A model generated the notes under the pieces. That model was not told where the DNA came from. It searched no databases and saw only the letters and a list, made by a program, of their open reading frames with translations. Shown here piece by piece: positions 59,608 through 64,000 of a stretch of DNA of 64,000 nucleotides. The DNA is taken from positions 192,001 through 256,000 of the forward strand of contig JAEOUA010000001.1 of assembly GCA_016839555.1 (NCBI GenBank), read 5' to 3'. The stretch comes from Promethearchaeota archaeon. GTDB lineage: Archaea; Asgardarchaeota; Lokiarchaeia; Sigyniarchaeales; SOKP01. Position 1 is the first letter of the stretch; every line of letters starts with the position of its first letter. The translations under genes and the position numbers were made by a program.

Positions 59608-60912
59608 CTAAAATTTTTTTTTAATTTTATCAAAACTAATATCCACTATATAATCAGAAAGAGTAGAATCAAAAGAAAATGTAGCAGAGGATAATACTTT
59701 TATCACATTTCTTTTAATCTTTTCTATATAATCTGAATTAAAGAACCAACTACGAGGGAAATCGAAAACATAATAAAATAAATTAAATTTAGAATTAGGA
59801 TTCTTAGATAAAAATTTTCCAACAATCTGAGAACAAGCGCTCCAGAAAGAAAAAATATCACCTTGAACTAAAGTAGATTCATTTACAGGCTCTCGGCGAA
59901 ACTCTTTCATAGATAAAATCATCATCAACGGCAAAGTGTATTTAAATTGAATTCTGGGGTGTTCATCTCCTAAAGAACTTTGAAATTGTTTCCAATCCGT
60001 TCCAATAAGAGCAAGACCTTCCTCAATTTTTGAATAATAAAAATTTTCCGTTAAATATGGTTTCACAGTAATAAATTGAAAAATTCTTAAGGAGCATGCG
60101 ATCCTCCATTTTAAATTCTGAGTATCTAATTGGAATAAAGATTTTTCAAGATATTTCTTCTGTGATTCTTCTTTTTTAACTTTGAAGCAATGTGTAAATA
60201 CCTCAGTTAAATTTGCACATATTTCATCATAATAATAGAAATAATGATCATAAATCTGGGAGTAATTATATCCCCATATATCAACGAACGTAAAGACTTT
60301 TAATGTTTTAAATAAGATTTGAATATGATAATCAGAAATTGGTTTATTATCATCTTTTAAATCAGAATAGAGCGCGATACTTCCATAATAACTGCTCTCT
60401 CCCGTAAAAATTGTACCGATTAGTAAATGATGCTTAATTGAGATTAAGATCAATTTTTTAATAATTTTAGAGAGATTAAAGCGGTCTAAAAAGTGGTGTT
60501 CTCTGATAAGTTTTTCTGATTCAATAGTATGCCACGTTCTATTAAAGGGACGACTAAGATCATGATATAATAAAATAAGTGGAAAATAAAGAGGCTGGAA
60601 TTCATATAATTCTTCCAATTGATTTCTTAAAATTATTATATTATTTTTATTGATGTCTTTTTCAAATTGATTATTGATGATTGAAAAATAGTTATAAAGA
60701 GCGTGAAAAGTATGTCGTAAAGTTCTAAATGCCTCATATTTATCTTGCTCTATCCCTTTTATCACAAAATCAAACCATTTTGGGAAGAGAATAGAGAGCT
60801 GTTTCACCTCTTCTGAATTAATTAGATCCGTCTCTGATATTTGCCAAATATTTAAGTTAGATTCTATAAAAATCTTTTCTAGTTTCTGATAGTAATTTTT
60901 TTCTAATTCCAT
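59608..60912 (-). CDS. HD-domain-like hypothetical protein
   Basis: LRHT...LLYHDLSRP...H...HH...D metal-ligand pattern. Confidence 0.6.
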   Translation of the reverse strand: MELEKNYYQKLEKIFIESNLNIWQISETDLINSEEVKQLSILFPKWFDFVIKGIEQDKYEAFRTLRHTFHALYNYFSIINNQFEKDINKNNIIILRNQLEELYEFQPLYFPLILLYHDLSRPFNRTWHTIESEKLIREHHFLDRFNLSKIIKKLILISIKHHLLIGTIFTGESSYYGSIALYSDLKDDNKPISDYHIQILFKTLKVFTFVDIWGYNYSQIYDHYFYYYDEICANLTEVFTHCFKVKKEESQKKYLEKSLFQLDTQNLKWRIACSLRIFQFITVKPYLTENFYYSKIEEGLALIGTDWKQFQSSLGDEHPRIQFKYTLPLMMILSMKEFRREPVNESTLVQGDIFSFWSACSQIVGKFLSKNPNSKFNLFYYVFDFPRSWFFNSDYIEKIKRNVIKVLSSATFSFDSTLSDYIVDISFDKIKKKF

Positions 60913-60927
60913 TATAAGCGTTTTAAA

Positions 60928-62160
60928 TTATAAAAAAATCCATAAAAAAACTCCAACAATTATTCCTATAATTATAAGGAAAAAAACCCCTGCCCAAGAA
61001 AACAAGAAATTTCTTACATAATTAATTTTAAAATCTACCGCTTCATAAGGGCACAATTCAGCACAACAATAACAAAATATACATTTCTTTCTTTCCCAAC
61101 TTGGAGTATTACCCTTCTTGATTATTTCTGGTGGAGTGATCGCATTACCAGGACAATTTTCCCAACAAGTAGAGCAAAGCCTGCATTTATTTGGATCAAA
61201 TTTTATCGTAGCTCTGAACACCACATTTCCCATATAATCTGCTAACCATGATGGTAAAGGTACAGATACTGGATGCTTCCTTGGTATTTTAAATTTGCGA
61301 GAAACATCTTTTAAATTTTCCCCTAAGAATTGAATTTCCGAGATATCAGAAGTCCCAAGATTTTTTTCTACTGCTTTCTCAATATATTTAACTTTTTGTG
61401 GATCGAGCCCAATAATTTTACATACAGCGGTATCTAAGGCCACACCATCAAATCCCGCTATAATTAAATCCAACTTAACTATCTCTCCCTTGCTGGGACC
61501 TTTTCCTTCTTGACATAAATACCCATCAATTACAGTTAATTGTGGATTTGATACAGAATAAATATCGGCTAAAGCTGCAGAAAATGCATCTAAGGTTGAA
61601 AATCTCGCATGTGTTTTTGCTTTATTTCCCAAAATTAAAGTCCCAAACATATTTTTTATGCAGCAGGTTAATAATGTTTGCCAGTGGGTCTTTATTTTCG
61701 GAATATTGATAATTAAATCAGCTTCTTTTAATAATGGAGAAGAGACAAATTGCTCGAGGACTAAGGGATTTTTGACATCATATTTTATACGTTCTGTTTT
61801 TTCAAATGGAGTCCAATTTACATTTTCTTCTTGACATATCTTTTTTATTCCGCTCCCTTCAAATGCTTTTTCAGTAACTCCTGGTGATGATGTACCGCTT
61901 GATTCAGCAACGATAATATCATTCTGGTTATGATGCTTTATCCATTTTATCACCGCCCTAACTATTTCTGGATGAGTTGTTACTGCCCGCTCTGGCTCTT
62001 TACTCTTCAAAATATTAGGTTTAATTACAATCTTCATAGCATTTTTATTAAATAATGATTCTGCATTTATTAAATCAAGAGCCTCAAAGACTGCACGTTC
62101 AATCTCATTGTTTTTAATCTTCACAATCGAGATCTTATTGTTTTTCATGGGAAAGTTCAC
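60928..62160 (-). CDS. DUF362 protein with 2x[4Fe-4S] ferredoxin domain and C-terminal TM anchor
   Basis: IKPN, TTHPE, PKIKTH, KNMFG, EGKGP; CRLCSTCWENCP and CIFCYCCAELCP. Confidence 0.9.
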   Translation of the reverse strand: MNFPMKNNKISIVKIKNNEIERAVFEALDLINAESLFNKNAMKIVIKPNILKSKEPERAVTTHPEIVRAVIKWIKHHNQNDIIVAESSGTSSPGVTEKAFEGSGIKKICQEENVNWTPFEKTERIKYDVKNPLVLEQFVSSPLLKEADLIINIPKIKTHWQTLLTCCIKNMFGTLILGNKAKTHARFSTLDAFSAALADIYSVSNPQLTVIDGYLCQEGKGPSKGEIVKLDLIIAGFDGVALDTAVCKIIGLDPQKVKYIEKAVEKNLGTSDISEIQFLGENLKDVSRKFKIPRKHPVSVPLPSWLADYMGNVVFRATIKFDPNKCRLCSTCWENCPGNAITPPEIIKKGNTPSWERKKCIFCYCCAELCPYEAVDFKINYVRNFLFSWAGVFFLIIIGIIVGVFLWIFL

Positions 62161-62247
62161 ATTTTAAATATTAATTCATTTAAATAACAACTTTTAAAAA
62201 AAATTCTTTTTTTATTTTGGTATAATTTTATAATCTAAAAAAATCAA

Positions 62248-62451
62248 TTGATTAAAAAGGAGATACTTATGAGTGTTAATATAAAAGAAAAAAGTGTAAA
62301 AATAATTGGAATCCTTATAGCTATTATTGGAGGTTTAATTGCTTTTATCGGTGGAATAAAAATAGGAAACGCTGTTGGAAACATATGGAATATTTTCGGG
62401 GGAATGGCTCTCGCAGCTATAGGAGGACATATCACCAACCTAATTAAGTAA
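62248..62451 (+). CDS. Small two-TM Gly-rich membrane protein
   Basis: Two hydrophobic helices; GGAG precedes the ATG at ~62269. Confidence 0.55.
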   Translation: MIKKEILMSVNIKEKSVKIIGILIAIIGGLIAFIGGIKIGNAVGNIWNIFGGMALAAIGGHITNLIK

Positions 62452-62708
62452 AATATCCTAAATTGCATCCTTTTTTTTATTTTAAATTTTTTATTAAGGA
62501 TAATAGAAATAATTTATGAAATATAGACAAGAATTTAATATATTCTCAAACTCACTTCTAAAATAAAAATAAGATTATTTAAGAAGAAAAATCAAGTACT
62601 AATTTATATAAAATAAGACCTTAGGTTTTTAATTATTATAACTATGTTTAAAAATTAATTTAGATTTTTATGATTACATAAAAAACAATTCAATAGAGGT
62701 GGAATTAA

Positions 62709-63260
62709 ATGAAACAAATGACTCAACAAAATTTAATAAATGCCTTTGGTGGCGAAAGTATGGCTCATATGAGATACCTTCATTTTTCAAATACAGCCCA
62801 AAAAGAAGGGTATCCTAATGTAGCGAGGTTATTTAAGGCGATTTCACATGCAGAATATATTCATGCTGGCGATCATTATAAGGAAATTAAACATTTAAAC
62901 GGAGGTTTTGTAGCTAATAGTATGGGTGCTTTTGGACCAGGAGATACTTATAAAAATTTAGGTTTAGGTATCGATGGGGAGACTTTCGAAATAAATGAAA
63001 TGTATCCCACTTATATTCAAACGGCTAAATTTCAAGAAGAAGGTGGAGCAGTCCGTACTTTTCAATGGTCTTTAAGCACAGAAAAAGAACATAAACGATT
63101 ATTTGAAAAAGCAAAAACTGCTGTTGATAATAATAAAGATGTAGAATTAGTTGATGTCCAAGTATGTAGTGTTTGCGGTTATACTTTAGAAGGAGGAGCG
63201 CCTGATAAATGTCCAATTTGTGGTGCTAAGAAAGAAAAATTTGTAACCTTTGAAAAATAA
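62709..63260 (+). CDS. rbr: Rubrerythrin
   Basis: AFGGESMA..RY, E..HA, GE.FE...MYP, E..H, CSVCGY...CPICG. Confidence 0.95.
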   Translation: MKQMTQQNLINAFGGESMAHMRYLHFSNTAQKEGYPNVARLFKAISHAEYIHAGDHYKEIKHLNGGFVANSMGAFGPGDTYKNLGLGIDGETFEINEMYPTYIQTAKFQEEGGAVRTFQWSLSTEKEHKRLFEKAKTAVDNNKDVELVDVQVCSVCGYTLEGGAPDKCPICGAKKEKFVTFEK

Positions 63261-63460
63261 CCAATAAACTTTTTATTTTTTATTTTAATAAATTTTGAAA
63301 TCTATAAAATTCTGTTTATACTCAAAAGATTTTAATTAAACAAAAATCAACATGATCTTATTAAATACTTATAAATATCCCATAGTTCTTTTATATAATT
63401 CTTTAATAAAGAATAAAAATTTAAAAAAATAGGATATACAAATCCTTATTGGTAAATATA

Positions 63461-63497
63461 TACAAGTTAAAATCATTTTATGGATTTATAACTTGTA
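63461..63497. terminator. Hairpin between the convergent rbr and bcp genes
   Basis: TACAAGTTA-AAATC...GATTT-A-TAACTTGTA inverted repeat. Confidence 0.35.
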
Positions 63498-63541
63498 GAT
63501 TTAACTTTTTATTTACCTAAAAAGAAACATACCCACAATAT

Positions 63542-63991
63542 TTAAGATTTTAATTTTATTCCATAATAGCTGCATAGTTCTTCATTATGCTTGGATGGAG
63601 AAACTGTCTCATATGTTTTTTCAATATTCCAATCTTCGTTAATTAACCATGTTCTACGTTTAACTCTGCCTTGAGAAATTGCCCCAAAAGCTTTTGCTGC
63701 CTTTTTTTCTGGATCTGATAATAAAGTAAAAGGTAAATCATATTTAGTTTGAAAATTTTTATGCGATTTCACGGAATCAGCACTTATCCCAATTATAGTT
63801 ATATCTTTTTCCTCATACTCTTTAATTGAATCTCGGAAATTTGTCGCTTCTGTAGTACAACCTGGTGTGTTATCTTTGGGATAGAAGTATACTACTAATT
63901 TTTTTCCTTTATAATCATTGAGTTTTACTAAATCTCCATTTTGATTCAGCAATTCGATATCCTCTGGTGCCGGATCTCCTTTTTTTAACAT
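63542..63991 (-). CDS. bcp: Peroxiredoxin Q / Bcp
   Basis: YFYPKDNTPGCTTEA, GISAD, LLSD. Confidence 0.93.
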   Translation of the reverse strand: MLKKGDPAPEDIELLNQNGDLVKLNDYKGKKLVVYFYPKDNTPGCTTEATNFRDSIKEYEEKDITIIGISADSVKSHKNFQTKYDLPFTLLSDPEKKAAKAFGAISQGRVKRRTWLINEDWNIEKTYETVSPSKHNEELCSYYGIKLKS

Positions 63992-64000
63992 ATATTTTAC

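Noticed and set aside
58541-59860. Diversity-generating retroelement TR/VR pair
   Set aside because: Mismatches are not confined to adenines of one copy (many C/T and other changes), and there is no reverse transcriptase in the window.
831-63216. Short ORFs overlapping longer genes (e.g. 831-1034, 3357-3578, 23225-23560, 32592-32915, 43699-44082, 44137-44430, 48110-48364, 53301-53537, 62244-62468)
   Set aside because: Antisense or alternate-frame shadows of well-supported CDSs, with no motifs of their own.
63461-63497. SECIS element for bcp
   Set aside because: The Bcp active-site codon is Cys with no in-frame TGA, and the hairpin lacks the AUGA/GA core arrangement.
1-64000. tRNA/rRNA genes, integrases, intact transposases
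   Set aside because: No GC-rich cloverleaf or rRNA-like stretch and no tyrosine/serine recombinase or DDE motifs were seen by eye; tRNAscan-SE and HMM searches would be needed to exclude them formally.

Overview
AT-rich prokaryotic chromosomal segment, most consistent with an Asgard archaeon (Lokiarchaeia-like). Archaeal informational genes (EndA-like tRNA endonuclease, PINA ATPase, DUF5814-type helicase, DRG GTPase) sit beside eukaryotic-signature proteins (actin-related protein, Rab-like GTPase, longin and V4R domains, an LRR fragment, a SIRT6/7-like sirtuin). About 50 CDSs are mostly anaerobic metabolism and housekeeping (AOR, FolD, ThrC, rubrerythrin, Bcp, TusA/DsrE). Two decayed accessory zones (~17.6-21.8 kb and ~25.2-27.3 kb), plus scattered remnants out to ~32.3 kb, carry gene fragments, short repeats and a probable transposon scar. 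I recognised no rRNA, tRNA, cas gene or CRISPR array. Best leads: (1) an actin-related protein with a double Zn-ribbon insert and altered hydrolysis residues; (2) a transporter / ceramidase-PIG-L fusion / dehydrogenases / aminotransferase cluster suggesting an uncharacterised N-acyl-aminosugar or aminocyclitol pathway; (3) a V4R / degenerate Rab / multi-TM-longin neighbourhood; (4) an EndA homologue lacking its catalytic His; (5) a candidate structured non-coding element; (6) a gene 3'-end duplication scar. All calls come from reading motifs by eye; no database searches were run.
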